DNA of 64,000 nucleotides from contig JBHGNT010000017.1 in assembly GCA_043228905.1 (NCBI GenBank), positions 12,710,001 through 12,774,000 on the forward strand. Reading direction: 5' to 3'. Shown piece after piece: positions 11,375-24,745 of the stretch; the first letter of the stretch is position 1, and every line of letters starts with the position of its first letter. The position numbers and the translations under genes are program-made. Under the pieces are notes generated by a model. That model was not told the DNA's origin. It saw nothing but the letters and a program-made list of their open reading frames with translations, and made no database searches. Source of the DNA: Azolla caroliniana (lineage: Eukaryota; Plantae; Polypodiophyta).

Positions 11375-12065
11375 TGTCGTGAAGAAAATCGTCCCCAGGC
11401 GCAAACCGTGTATAGTGTGTGTGAACCGGCCCTTACACGTGGGCACGTCCCTTGTCGTATAGTAGATAGGTAGGCACAAAGGTTAAATCCTAGGTAGCAA
11501 TATTCTATAAGGGAAATCGAGGAGTATCTCTGTCCGAAAGGACAGAGAATTAATGTGATGTAAACGGGTGAAACGGCCTCCCTCCTTGAGCTATAAAAGA
11601 GAGGGAGACGGGGGAGAGAAGATATCGCGCGCTAGAGGGGACGAAGTGCTGTCGGACTGGGACCGAGCTCTTCTTCTCTGTCGTTCTCCATAGCTTCTTT
11701 TGCGCATGTTCTCAGGAGGCTGATCCTGCTCCGTGGAACGCCCGTGTGCTTCCGGCAGAATCTCCATCTTGCTCTCTTGTGTGCGTGGGTGATCAGGCGC
11801 CGGCATCCATCCCACTGACCTAATCGGCTGTAACCGTTTGAGTCGTCTGCATACATGCAAATACATACACATATTTATATACATGCGCTAGTGTTCTCAA
11901 CTCGTGTCTCCTGTGTTGTTGGGCCGCGTCCCCGTGTGCTTCTTTGTCTATACGTGTGTGTTTTCTCTCTCTCTCTCTCACTCTCCCCTTTCCCTCACCT
12001 ATTCCTCGGTCCAAGACCCCAGTGATCCCGCCTTGTTCTCCACGCACGCGCGTAACAACGCGACA
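11375..12065 (+). repeat. 5' LTR of element C
   Basis: Near-identical to 18907-19598. TATAAAA at ~11592. Confidence 0.95.
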
Positions 12066-12069
12066 TATT

Positions 12070-12088
12070 TGGTGAACCCGACGTGAAT
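12070..12088 (+). promoter_or_regulatory. Primer binding site, tRNA-Trp
   Basis: TGGTGAACCCGACGTGAAT, 4 nt after the LTR end. Confidence 0.9.
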
Positions 12089-12108
12089 AGGCGGCAGAGG
12101 AGTAGAAG

Positions 12109-14233
12109 ATGAGGGGGTCGGACCTCGCAGAAGCCATGGCTTCGGCTGTGGACCGTATAGTGAGTGCGCGCGAAGGCACCGGTGCCCTTGATAGGGCTAT
12201 CGAGGTGGTTGTCGGTACGATCGGCCGGTTTAGTGGGAAGGATGCCACGAGCTACTTGGCGTCCTACCGGGCTGAGATGGTAATGAGGGACATTCCGGAA
12301 GAGAGGCGTCTAGCCGGATTCCCTCGAGTGGCGATGCCAGGCATCCATGCGGAGGTGCTCGAGGTACGGGCCGAGAGCCGGACCTGGGAGGAGTTCGAAG
12401 GTCGGCTCCTCGAAAGATACGGGCTTGAAGATGCGCTTCGACTTTCGAACCGGGACTTCATGGAGTGGGTGGAGACCCCCGACAAAGGAAGGAACACGTC
12501 AGTGCTCGTCCGGGTGTTTGAGGAACGCTTCGCATGCCTCTCGGTGCTTGACCAGACCGTTCTGGACACAAGCCGTGTCCTATTGTTTGTTAAGTCAGTT
12601 GATGAGTGGGATCGGGAGCAGGTATGCCTCCTATTGGAGACTGATGATGGGCTGACGGCCGACTGGGCCGTGGTGAAAAGGGTCTGTGGCTGTTTCGACA
12701 AATGGCGGGAATGGGTTGACAAAGGATCGACTGGGCGGGCTCTGTCACAACGAGGAAGCTCGACCAAACACCACCAACGTGAAGGGAAGAGACCCGGGAT
12801 TGGCTCGAGATCGGATTGGCTTCGACCAGCATGGTCAAGGGCTCGTCCGGGGGAGCAGCTCTGGAGGAACTTATGCGGATGGTAAGGGATCTCCAGATCG
12901 CCCAGGCACGGAGGGACGGTAGTGAACAGGGCCGTGACCGACGACCTCTGGCTAGAAAAAGGTGCATGTGGTGTGACGCGGTTGGGCACATCCGAAAGGA
13001 CTGCGGGGACTTCGTCGAGGCGATGAGAAGCAACGTGGTGTACCTGTGGAACGGTCGGGTGCACGCCAGCGAGACCCGAAGGGCCCTAGACCTGAACGTC
13101 GGGCGAGGAGGTATGAAAAGGTTGATGGAGGAGGCGGTGGCTCATCACGCAGAGACCGTCCACTACTCGGTGTCAGCTGGTATTCGGGTCGGAGGTGGCG
13201 AGGCCCCGAAGACAAACAAAGCCGGGTTCTGGCCAACGATGCTAGAAGGCCTCGCCGGCGCGCGACTAAGGAAAGAAGAGGCGAACCGCGCGGAAAAACG
13301 GGTCCGGGAGGTAACCGGGTGGAGTGACCTGGTGGAAGAAAAGACAGGCTTCGTCGAAGCAGCTTGTCAAAATTACGAGGCTCTGGTGGAGGACAAGCGG
13401 GTAGGAAAAACCGGAGGGGCCGAGCCCTCGCAACGATATGAAACTCGGTCCGGGCAAAGGCGGAATGAGGTCGATGCAACTGGCGCCCAGGATAATCCCA
13501 AGAGGGGCGGGTACCGGCTGGGCACAAAAATCGAAAGATCCATGGACCTGCGAAAGGTCCTGGAAGAACGAATCCTCGACAGCAAGGTGGAGCTATCGCT
13601 GAGGGAAGTGCTCGGGATCGCCAAGAAGGAGTTTCACGACTCCATCATAGACTTGGTGAAGAGGAAGAGGTTGTCACAGAGACAGAACCGGAGAAGCGGG
13701 TGGAGGTGCAAACGACGCACATAGAGGACATGGCGCTGGAAGACGAGTTGGCGGAGAGCCACTATTCGAGGCCACACTGGGCCAGAGCGACCACGGAGAC
13801 CCCCGTGAAGATCGGAGATGTTCATGAACCGGTGGTGGTGTTGGCGGACCACGGTTCAGAAATCAATTTGATGTCCATGGACTTCTATAAGAAGGGGAAA
13901 TGGCCGATCAACACCAAGCACGGGTGGAAAATACGGGCGGCGACGCATGCCACCGAAGAACTGCATGGAGCCTACCTGAACGTACGAGTAAAGATCGGCG
14001 ATGTCGAGATTGACCAGCACTTCTTCGTGCAGGAGACGCCCTCACATCCGGTTATACTCGGAGAACCGTACATCACGACAGCACAGATGGAGACCAAGGT
14101 GCTGGACAACGGCTCAGCCTATGCGAGGGTGAAGAGCCAGGATGGGCGTCACTCGGTCTAGTTCCTGACGGTGAAACCGAACCATGAGAGGAACCGCGAG
14201 ACCCTCGGGGGCGAAAGCCGGGAGGATTTTTGA
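12109..14233 (+). pseudogene. gag: gag-protease ORF of C (two frameshifts, one premature TAG); natural end ...REDF-stop
   Basis: ORFs 12109-12885, 12816-13724 (CMWCDAVGHIRKDC) and 13700-14161 (LADHGSEINLMS) are collinear with element D. Confidence 0.9.
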
Positions 14234-14290
14234 AGAGGGTTATCAAGGCGTTGGACCGCGATAGTCCGGACACTCCGGGAAAACCCCACA
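14224..14290 (+). promoter_or_regulatory. Putative -1 ribosomal frameshift signal (G_GAT_TTT_TGA + stem GGGTTATC/GATAGTCC)
   Basis: The pol ORF begins in the -1 frame at this heptamer, with a 6-nt spacer before the stem. Conserved in element D. Confidence 0.7.
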
Positions 14291-16559
14291 AGTCTGTGAT
14301 AGCAAAGAAGACCTATGTTATAAGTAGGAAATTTTGGTTCTCCGACAACGGAGGGTGTACGATAGTCGACGTTGTTGGCCGGAAGAAGAGAAGGGCGGAG
14401 GAGCGACTTCGGGCATGTGGCGTCCTCGGCCTCGGAGAGGAAATCAACCGACCCGTGGAGGCGGTCTCTTTCAACGATACCTTGGGGGAGCTGCGGGAGG
14501 TAGTCGGAGGAGTCCTTAAAGAGGACCGGACAATTCCAGTATGTTCGGAAAAGATGTACGAAGTCATCGCGGACTTCAGTAGAGGGCTCGAGTCGGATCG
14601 GACGGCCTGGGTGGACACGAGGTACAAGACTGTGGACCGGAAGGTGAGGCCAGTCGTGGCTCCCTTGCCGGAGGGCAGCGAGTTGCAAATACAGGGGGTT
14701 GTGTCAAACCCGAGTTTACGAAATCCGGCCCGCATAGGACACACGTTCACCAACATAACGTTGCGCGAGCTCAAAATCGGTGGGGGCGGCTTCCTACTGC
14801 TGGCGGAAGAGGACCGTTTTCGGGGAATGCTCGGAAGGCACGGGAAGGCTTTCGCATTCTCACCGAAGGAGATCGGGTGCGTAGACCCGACAGTCGTGGA
14901 ACCGATGATGATATTCACGGTACCGCATGTGCCGTGGAGTCTAAAACCGATTCCAGTTCCTAGAGCTCACATCCCGAAGCTGATGGAGCTGTTAAAGCAG
15001 AAGGTCGAGATGGGAATCCTCGAACCGTCGAGTGCCCCATACTCGAATCGGTGGTTTACCGTGCCGAAGAAGGACGGCACGCTGCGCTTTATTCAAGACC
15101 TACACCTGGTCAACAAGGTGACCATTCGAAACGCAGGAATCAGACCGACAATAGACGAGTTCGCGGAGGCCTTCGCCGGAAGGTCGATTTACTCGGTCGG
15201 TGATCTCTACTCGGGGTACGATCAGTTCCAGCTTGCCGTAGAGAGCAGAGACATCACGACAATGCGAACTCCTCTCGGCCTAGTACAGATGTGTACCCTG
15301 CCGCAAGGAGGGACGAACTCGGTGGCTCACATGGTGAACGCAATGAACAAAGTGCTGAGGGATTGTATCCCGGACATCACCATGCCATTTTTTGACGACG
15401 TCCCGATCAAGGGATGCCCGGTGGAGGAAAGGGACGAGACGATCGAACCGGACGGATGCCGGAAATTTGTGGTGACGCACATCGATGACTGCGAGAAGGT
15501 GCTACAGAGGTTGGAGGGCGCGAGGCTCACCTTCTCCGGGGGAAAGTCGGCCTTCGGGCAATCAGAGATCATTGTCGTTGGACACCTATGCGGGTTGTAC
15601 GGCCAGAAACCGTCTCCGGCTAAGGTAGAAGCCATCTCCGCGATGAAGAACGATTGTAGCTCGGTCACGGAGGTTCGGAGGTTCTTGGGAGCGTACGCGT
15701 TCTACCACATATGGATCCCGCATTACGCTCACGTCACGGAGCTGTTATACGGGTTGCTGAAAAAGGGGCGAAAATTCGAGTGGAGAGATGAGCATACGGA
15801 GTCTATCCGGAAGATGAAGGAAGCACTTGCCGCGGCTCCAATTTACGGAAAGAGCACTCCAATTTACGTAACGGTAGACACGAGTCCGACCGGGATCGGA
15901 TGGGTCGTCAACCAAGAGGACGAGGACGGCATGCGTTCCCCGATCCGGTTCGGCGCGAAGGTCCTCAGCGAGCGATAGCGAGGATACGCCCAGGTTAAAC
16001 GCGAGCTCTCGGGTATCGTTTCGGCGGTAAAGGCCGATAAAGACTACCTGATCGGGACAAAGGTAATTATCGAGACGGACTGCCTGCCGATCCTTGGCAT
16101 GGTTTCCGGATGCATGACGCCGGACCTGGCAATCCTCAGGTGGATAACGTACATCAAGTTCTTGAATCCGGAAATAGGACACATTTCCGGGAAAGACAAC
16201 GCCATGGCCGACATGCTTTCAAGGGCGAGGTTCGAAAACGACGGCGGCATGGTTTCAGAGGACGAGGAAGTCGGCGTGGACTTCTTCGAAGCGGCTTACG
16301 TAACAACCGGTAGGGAATGCTCTCCAACGCTTAACGATTTCGACGAGAGCAGGTACGACGGGGAGTGGCTGCAGATCGGTTGGTTCCTGAAAACAATGAC
16401 ACCAGACGCGGCATGGACAACGGACGAGGCCAACCGGATTCGGAAGAAAGCCTACCGATTCTTTCTCCGGGACGGATACATATGGAAGCACCCGAAGAAG
16501 AGGAACGACATCCCGCTCCGAGTGGTGGTGAAGAAGGAGGAACAGGAGGATTTGCTGGC
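14230..16559 (+). pseudogene. pol: pol (RT-RNase H-start of IN) of element C, premature stop at 15976
   Basis: SAPYSNRWFTVPKKDGTLRFIQDL; DLYSGYDQF; LPQGGTNS; PFFDD; VTVDTSPTGIG. Confidence 0.92.
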
Positions 16560-18310
16560 TGTTGAGTATTCGACGTTCCTTATGTCTGACGCTCGGCCAC
16601 AACCGAGATTCTTTTCATACACAGAAAAACAGGTAATGAAACGCGACACAAAGGGGAGAAATGGTACACAGGAGGTTTACGTGGAAAACCCCAAAATAGG
16701 GGAAAAACCACGACAGCCCACAGGCTGCAAACTGTCACTATGTAGGAATATACAACAATGAGTTCACTGAGGCGACGACCTCGTGCTCTCAGATCTTCGC
16801 CACAGGCGGCGGTTACAACAGAGGCAACGACCTCGTCTCTCTCTCTCTCTCTCTCTCTGTACAGTTATGCACTCTCGCTTCTTCTTGCACCAACAATGAA
16901 GAATCACAACAACAAAAACGACACACCTAAAAGTTTGCCCTAAGTCATATTTATACTAATATGACTTCTCGGCTATTTACAAATGTAGCCTCGATGGGCT
17001 CTCAGAAACATATTTACGAATATGTCTCTTCCTCTGGTTCATACCGGGCCTGCACCATCCGGCTCTTCGTAGTCGGGTACTCCCCATCCGGTTCATACCG
17101 TTTCTACACCATCCGGCTCTCCGCAGTCGGGTACTCCCCATCCGGTTCATACCGGGTCTACACCATCCGGCTCTCCGCAGTCGGGTACTCCCCATCCGGT
17201 TCATACCGTTTCGTCGGCACTGTTCTTCTCCCTTCCCATCCGGAGGGACCTGTCTCCCAACAAACTCCCCCTTCACTCCGGCATGGGGTGTCTTTCCAGC
17301 CCGATCCTCTTCCGGCATGCGTCCAGCTTGTCGGGTGTCAGCACTTTGGTCAGCATATCTGACCCGTTCTCGGCCGTGTGGATCTTCGCCAGTGCGAACT
17401 CCTGGTCATCTACCCTTTCCCGGATCCAATGATACCTCCGCTGGATATGCTTCGTCCGGGAATGGTAGGCCGCATTCTTAGCAAGGTGGATGGCACTTTG
17501 ACTATCGCAGTAGAGTCGGTATTCCTCTTGCCGGATACCGAGCTCTCCGATGAAGTCCTTCATCCATAATATTTCCTTGCCGGCTTCTACAGCCGCCATG
17601 TACTCCGCCTCTGTGGTTGACAATGCAACCGTCTTCTGCAGCCTCGACTGCCACGAAACAGCTCCCCCTGCATATGTCATCACATACCGGATGTAGACCG
17701 GCTGGTATCCACATCAGCCGACATGTCCGAATCGGTGAAACCGTCTAGTTGAGGTTTCCCGGAGCCGAATCGGAGACACATATTTGAAGTGCCCTTCAAA
17801 TACCGGAGTACCCATTTGACCGCGTTCCAATGCTCCTTGCCGGGATTACTCATGAACCGGCTCACCACTCCGACTGCGTATCCAATGTCCGGTCGGGTAC
17901 AAACCATTGCGTACATCAAGCTCCCGACGGCAGAGGCATATGGAATCTTCATCATATCTACCTTCTCTCCTTTTGTCTTCGGGTTTTGCTTGCCGAACAA
18001 CTTGCAGTTTGCCGGGAGTGTCGATCCGACCGGTTTTGCATCTGACATGTTGAACCGGTGAAGCACCTTTGTCACATACTTCTCCTGTGACAGCCATAAT
18101 TGCTTCACTGACCGGTCCCGAATGATGTGCATCCCCAACATCTGTCTTGCCGGACCCAAGTCTTTCATTGAGAAGGTCCGGTTGAGAGCCTTCTTCAGCA
18201 TCCGTATTTTGCCTTGATCTCATCCGACGATCAACATGTCATCCACGTACAGGAGAAGTATCAGGAAGTCCCCTCCTTCGAACTTCTTCACGAACACGCA
18301 GTGATCGGCC
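16560..18310 (-). mobile_element. Ty1/copia 3' fragment (RT end, RNase H, PPT, 3' LTR 17262-16560) nested in element C
   Basis: YVDDML region; PYASAVGSLMYAMVCTRPDI; VALSTTEAEY; HSRTKHI; PPT TGAAGGGGGAG; LTR ends TGTTG...CAACA. Confidence 0.9.
17036..17212. repeat. 54-bp tandem repeat (~3.2 copies) in the copia LTR
   Basis: GGTTCATACC starts at 17036, 17090, 17144 and 17198. Confidence 0.9.
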
Positions 18311-18830
18311 GACCGAGCTGATGTTAGGACAGAAGCCGATCATGCCAACAGAGCGAACGATCTCCTCGTGGGCCACGGTGGACTGGAGGGATGAGATGAG
18401 CCGGGAGGAACTGTTGGCGGCGCGGATTCGACAGCTCGAGCGGAGGCCGGAGGACGTAGAGCGAGCCGCGGAGAAACTTCGGGTAGCGAGGATAAGGAAC
18501 AAAGCCCGGTTCGATCGAACACACCGGTTCAGGCCAAGGAAGATTGAGGAAGGCGACTGGGTGCTAGTCTACGACAGCAGCCTCGACAATCAGCACAGGG
18601 CCACGCGGAAGTTTGCGAGGAGGTGGTTCGGGCCTTACGTAGTAATAGGCGCCAACGGCAATGGGACGTACCATCTCGCGGAGCTCGACGGTACAAGAAT
18701 GGCGATACCGGTAGCGGGGAAGAGGATCAAAGCGTTCAAGAAACGGCACGACGGGGAGCCGGAGCTAGGGGGCATGGACAGCGACAACGAGCAGCCCGAG
18801 GCGGAGGATGAACCAGTAAACGAGGAATAA
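18311..18830 (+). pseudogene. Integrase C-terminus (GPY/F motif) of element C
   Basis: GDWVLVYDSSL...KFARRWFGPYVV; homologous to the end of the 36902-40582 ORF. Confidence 0.9.
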
Positions 18831-18906
18831 AAGCAAGGATTGGTTTTCTCCCGTAGGAACCCAATTTTGGCGCATACCGGTGGATGCGCGGTTAGGTGGG
18901 GGCGGA

Positions 18907-19598
18907 TGTCGTGAAGAAAACCGTCCCCAGGCGCAAACCGTGTATAGTGTGTGTGAACCGGCCCTTACACGTGGGCACATCCCTTGTCGTATAGTAGATA
19001 GGTAGGCACAAAGGTTAAATCCTAGGTAGCAATATTCTATAAGGGAAATCGATGAGTAGCTCTATCCGAAAGGACAGAGAATTAATGTGATGTAAACGGG
19101 TGAAACGGCCTCCCTCCTTGAGCTATAAAAGAGAGGGAGACGGGGGAGAGAAGATATCGCGCGCTAGAGGGGACGAAGTGCTGTCGGACTGGGACAGAGC
19201 TCTTCTTCTCTGTCGTTCTCCATAGCTTCTTTTGCGCATGTTCTCAGGAAGCTGATCCTGCTCCGTGGAACGCCCGTGTGCTTCTGGCAGAATCTCCATC
19301 TTGCTCTCTTGTGTGCGAGGGTGATCAGGTGTCGGCATCCATCCCACTGACCCGATCGGCTGTAACCCTTCAAGTCGTCTACATACATGCAAATACATAC
19401 ACATATTTATATACATGCGCTAGTGTTCTCAACTCGTGTCTCCTGTGTTGTTGGGCCGCGTCCCCGTGCGCTTCTTTGTCTATACGTGTGTTGTTTCTCT
19501 CTCTCTCTCTCTCACTCTCCCCTTTCCCTCACCTATTCCCCGGTCCAAGACCCAGTGGTACCGCCTTGTTCTCCACGCACGCGCGTAACAACGCGACA
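18907..19598 (+). repeat. 3' LTR of element C
   Basis: Follows the PPT-like GGTTAGGTGGGGGCGGA and matches the 5' LTR. Confidence 0.95.
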
Positions 19599-20525
19599 GC
19601 GTGCAGTGCGCAACAACGAAAAGGAAATAATATTGCGCGAAGCACACTGCGGAGTCGCTAGAGGACATTATGTCGGAGACGCTACGGCAAGGAAAATATG
19701 GCAGAGTGGACTATGGTGGCCGACAACATTGAAGGATGCAGTCCGGTACGCTAAAGAATGCGACCTATGTAAGCGAATGGGCCAACCAACCGAACAAGCC
19801 AGGATGCTTCACTAGCCCGTGCTACCGTTAGAACCATTTTAGAAATGGGGGCTGGATTTTGTTGGGCCATTCAAAATACCAGCACTGAGAACCGGCAACC
19901 GGTATGTGATTGTCACTACGGACTATTGCACCAAATGGGTGGAATCCAAAGCGCTATGCAACAACACCGCAACATCCACGGCAAAAATTTTATATGAATA
20001 CATTTGGTGCCAGTAAGGATGTCTGATAGAGCTAATAAGTGATGAAGGTGGGCACTTCTTAGGGCAAGTAGTGGAAAGTTTGATGACATTCTATGCGGTG
20101 GTGCACAAACGGAGCACTTCCTATTATCCGCAAGCCAACGGATTAGTCGAGTCAACAAATAAAACACTACAGAACATCCTTCGAAAAATCGTCAATGAGA
20201 ACCGGACGGATTGGGATACAAAGCTACACAGTGCACTCTGGGCCTATCGAATGGCATATAAGACAAGTATCTGCAGAACACCGTTTCGCCTAGCATTCGG
20301 ATTGGAAGCAATGATGTTGGTCGAGTTCCAGGTACCGAGTTTACGAATCCAGATTCGGGAAAGCCTAAATGAGAAGGAATCGGAAGCGATCCGGTTAGCC
20401 GCGCTGTGCGAATTGGAAGAACACCGGCTAGCCAGCATCATGCACCTAGAACTTGAGGAGTAGCGAAGGAAAGCGTTTGTGGATCATCACCAAAAACGGA
20501 ACGAAAAGATGTTCGGAATCGGACC
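19599..20525 (+). pseudogene. Integrase of element B (HHCC + core), resumed after the C insertion
   Basis: EAHCGVARGHY...CDLC; YYPQANGLVESTNKTL; DWDTKLHSALWAYR. Confidence 0.9.
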
Positions 20526-20967
20526 CATGCCAAGAAACCCATTTGAACAAGTAAAGACCGACACAAAACCGGACACCGGTAAGTCGGAAGAGACGGCAAC
20601 ACGTTTAGCAATTGGCAAGCGCGAAGCTAGTAAGAGGGAGCACGAGCCGGCAAATGGCAAGAACGACGCGACGGCAAGCAGTCTAGCGGCCGGCAAGTCC
20701 CACAATTCGGATAGGGGTCCGGTGGGACCAGATGCGAATTAACCAAACCGTTTTTATTATAAAAATAAATAAATAAATAAATGGAATCAAAGTAAATCAT
20801 GCAAGGACGAGGTGTGAACGGACACATGCAAGAACAAGGAGTGAACAGGCACTTTGAAAAGGTACGTAGTGGGCTATTAATAACGTATTAAACCACCGCC
20901 ACATGGCACGACATTCTATTTTAGTACACGACGTGCACACGCGCTGCTAAGAAAAACAGGCGCCAAA

Positions 20968-23675
20968 ATGCAGCAAGAAAACCCCCACCGCATAGAGGTC
21001 TTCACATTTCGCGAACAGCGGAGCACAAACGCAGACAAGCGATTGAAGATTATCATACGCGAGCCCACGCAAACAGAGCCTCCTCACACACATCCCTCAC
21101 CAACGCTCACCGACCTCGAAGAAGCCATGGACTACCAGGCACTCTCTGAAGCAACCAAGAAGTGGCTAAGGCAACACGGGTTAGAAGGTTTCCTTACGAT
21201 CATGGAGGCGCCACCGCACCGAGAGGCGGAGAAGATAGTAAAAAAAATCGACACAGAACTGATCACGAAGGAGGCCATCCATGCTTTGATCGGCCTTCTG
21301 GAGGGAGGCATCTTCACTATCGACAACCCTACCCCGAAGCAGCTCCCAAAATATTTTGGTGAATACTCCGTGGCCAACAAGGCTTGCAGGACACAGGGTG
21401 GCGAAGATACATTATTTCGGGAGATTGCCCATGTGCTCCGTGAATTTGGACATATATACCCTTGACCCCCGTGCATGCCTCAGAACCGGGCCGGCTTAAT
21501 CATAGCAACTCTGTAAGAGGCAAGGAGGGTCGGAGAATATGGATTGCAGTGGCACAATGGCTCACCCTATTGGCGCCACCTATCGAGCCCACCTAGACCA
21601 CAAAGCGGGGGAGAACGACCAGAGGCACCCCGAAAACGGCTTCGAAACGGCAGTAGTTGTTGGCTTCTAAGGCACCCAAAGGGAAGGCGGCCGACACGGA
21701 CAAGGCAGCAAAAGAGCGCGCCAGTCAGAAGCGGAAGACGGAAACGCAGGAGGAGACACCGGCACGGCCTATCAAGATCAGACTTCTCCGACCAGTGCAA
21801 CAAGAACCGGACCCCTTGGCAGCAAAAATCAACATTGGGACTCAGCAGGAGGAAGCGAAGGAGGAATTGTTAGAGCACCTCCAGCGGCGCCAGAAGGCAA
21901 GCACCTCAAAACAGGCTGGGGAGCATTCGAACCCAAAGAAGGATGGGATGCCTCTACCCCGCACTGAGCATCCTGCACCAAGGGTGGAACCGAAACCAGT
22001 TCGGACAGAACGGGTCACAAAGCTCCCTGCACAACAAGCTATATCGGCGGGTCAGGATACGGCAAGACCCAAAATTCAAGCGCCAACAATATAGTTGCCT
22101 TCCGCACCGGCAGGTCAACAACAATCAGAGGCGGAGCGGCCAACGGAGGTGTAACCAGAACCAGAACGGCAAAGTGGTCACCAACTAGAGACGGAGTTGC
22201 AGGTCGACGCAACTAGACAAGACCAAGCAATGGCTAGCGAAACCAACAGCCAACCCACCGTGCAGACGCAACAATAGGGTACCGGTAGCCAATGGCTCCA
22301 ATGGATTGGAGAATAGATTGCCAGAGTGGTGCACTACATAGAGGAGGAAGAGAAAGTGCAGATGGACCGGTTGCTAGTCACAACTAGAGAACTAGAGACA
22401 GCATGGTCGAGGATCCGGAGCCTAGAACAACACTTGAACCTGGCCACAGAAGAATTGGCGAAAATGGCCTTAACCAAACCACAAATCCAAGCATCGGTGA
22501 CTCCGGTAGATGTACAGAATAAATACACACCAGCACTTGTACATAGTAATAAGACCCTGGAGACAGAACTTGTTCCGGAGACAGTGGCGGCACAAGCAAA
22601 AGAGCTTGCCGATTTGAAAGATGAACTGGCCGCACAAGAAGCATTACGCACCGGAGAAAGGGAATTGAACAAAGCGGCAGAAGAAGAACAAAGAAAGACT
22701 GTTGAGAACCTCCGTCGGGCAGAAGAGAATCTACGGAAAGGACATCAGGCATATGACCAGCTTAAGGAGGAGAAAGAGAAAGTGTTGCGACGAATGGTGG
22801 AAACAGAGATTGAAAGAGTTAAGGAAGAACTCCGTCAACAGAAAGATCGGGAAGACAACGCTCGCCGCCAACTCAACCAGAAGTTGAAGCAAAAGACCGA
22901 TGATTTTGAGCACTTGCACCAAGACTTTAAGCACCTGGATACGGAGCATAAGAAATAGCAGGAGAAGATGGCCGAGCTCCGATAGGAAGTTCATCGAGCC
23001 GAGACAGCGCTAGCGGAAGAACAGGCTGAAAGAACAATGCTATTGGAGGAAGCCGCGCAGGAACGTACGGAGCTCCATAAGCAGCATTATGAAGAAAAGG
23101 AAAGAGCGGCAATGGTATTGCAGAGGTTGCAGTCCACATACCAAAACCAATTATCACATTACCGGGAGCAGGAGGCGGACATGGTGACGTTGATCAAGCA
23201 ATTGAAGGAAGAACAGCAAGCCGCGGAGGACAAATTGAAGATGGGACTGGAGTGGATCCAGTTCATTGTCCAGGCATGGAGGAACAAGACAAAACGCTTG
23301 ATTGACGAAAGCTCCGCGCAATGGTGGGACAAATGGGCAAAGCACATAGCCGAGCTCCAGTTGCTAAGGGTGAACGTGGAAAACCGGCAGAAGGATGGCG
23401 ATGACTGTTACATGCTAACAAAGGAGGACTTCACCGCCGTAAGAGATGAGTTAGCAGAAGACTTTGTAACTCTGGCGGAGGAATAGTGAGCAGTGGTCCG
23501 GCAACTGGTAGCACAATTGGACGATGATCGACTGGATTCGCAAATCCAGTTTGAAAGCTATGAGCGGACCAGGCTACGGAAAGAAGACGCAAAGCAGGCG
23601 GCAACCGTCAACCTCAGCGATGAGGAGCCATCGTCGGGGCGAGTCAACCGGAGTCAAATCCGTCAGAGCAGCTAA
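20968..23675 (+). pseudogene. Extra ORF of element B between pol and the 3' LTR: globular N-terminal domain, charged linker, long coiled coil
   Basis: ORF pieces 20968-21465, 21657-22094, 22326-22958, 23037-23486 and 23493-23675. A diverged homologue lies at ~60640-62650. Confidence 0.75.
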
Positions 23676-23934
23676 CAGAGGAATCACCGCCACAACCGCC
23701 GGTACCGGGAACTGAAGAGACGCCATCTAAGGAGCAATAGTCGGAGGAGCCGGAGCCACAACAACAACAGCCACAACTTCAACAACACTCACAACAATAG
23801 CAACAACAGCAACAACAGATTTTCGACGAACCATTGGATACCCTGGAGTAGAGTATTCTGGATATCTTGGACGAAGGCTAAGGGCCGGATAGTGGGATTC
23901 GACGTACAAGGTACTGTCCCACGGGCGTGCCATG

Positions 23935-24374
23935 TGTTACCCGGCCGACAGAGGAGTTAAAGACCAGAATGTGAAAGGCATGGGTTATTCGGAATAGATC
24001 ATAATTAAGTAGTTTATGAGATGTGAACGGACGGACCGGAATCGGTATGCCGATCCGGATCCGGACTGGTTCTGAATAGGTGTCGGTTGGCACCGTTTTG
24101 TACTCACCACCGATGACCTATATAAAGGCCCGGTTACAATGTAAAACTTGACGGATAATTAATAGAGCTTCTTGTTTTATCTTTAAGTATTGATTACCGT
24201 TCTGTACTAATTGTTCTATCATACGCGTGTATCAAGTCTAATGCCATATTGCTAAGTAACCAATTAAGTCTGATTAATCGTTGTGTCTCAAGCTATCTCG
24301 CCATAACACCCCTTTGGTGAAGTGTCTTCCATAGACACCCTGTGTTAGGCCATTGTCCGGCCCTAAGAAATAAC
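23935..24374 (+). repeat. 3' LTR of element B
   Basis: Starts TGTTAC, has TATATAAA at ~24119, and its 3' part matches 6670-6821. Confidence 0.85.
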
Positions 24375-24745
24375 TGAGATCCCTCATTTTTCATTTGTGC
24401 TAAGAGCACTTTGGCCACTTTGTCTAGATGGATGAATGTTGCCAAGTTACCAAAAAAACAAATTGGAACCAGCCGGAAAGCAAACCGGATCCCGCCAGTA
24501 AGCAATCTGAAACCCGCTGGTAAGAAAACTGGAACCACTCGGTAAGCAAAACTGGAACCTGCCGGTAAGCAAAACTGGAACCCACCGGTAAGCAAAACCG
24601 GAAACCGGCCGGTAAGCAAAACCCGAAACTGGCCGGTAAGCAAACCAGAACGTATAACGGTTTGCAGGATGATGTGGCTAATTAAAGTGAAATGCAGAAA
24701 TCTAAAGTAAAGGTCATGTGGACGGTCGAACTATGTAAAAAAATG
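24375..24745 (+). repeat. Internal fragment of the long LTR family seen at 28945-30031 and 57906-59290 (host of B)
   Basis: TGAGATCCCTCATTTTTC...CACTTTGGCCACTTTG and ~22-bp GGTAAGCAAAACCGGAACC subrepeats are shared with 29153-29490. Confidence 0.85.

Larger units (their letters stand above)
11375..19598 (+). mobile_element. Element C: tRNA-Trp-primed gypsy retrotransposon nested in B's integrase; its integrase core is replaced by a copia fragment
   Basis: LTRs 11375-12065 and 18907-19598 (TGTCG...CGACA), PBS 12070-12088, TSD ACGT/GCGT. The host frame GIWQR|AVRNNEK is restored on removal. Confidence 0.95.
6670..24374 (+). mobile_element. Element B: Ty3/gypsy LTR retrotransposon with an extra 3' ORF; 5' LTR truncated (6670-6822); host of element C
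   Basis: 6670-6821 matches 24223-24374. Domain order is gag-PR-RT-RH-IN. PBS-like TGGCAACCACG at 6830 may be a degenerate tRNA-Arg PBS. Confidence 0.9.

Noticed and set aside
12264-16649. Numerous antisense and alternative-frame ORFs over C, D and E
   Set aside because: These are shadow ORFs of GC-rich coding DNA. They recur only because the copies are near-identical, and they have no recognisable domains.
23755-23820. CAA/CAG microsatellite, and CT/GA runs elsewhere, as functional elements
   Set aside because: Ordinary simple repeats within retroelement UTRs and LTRs.
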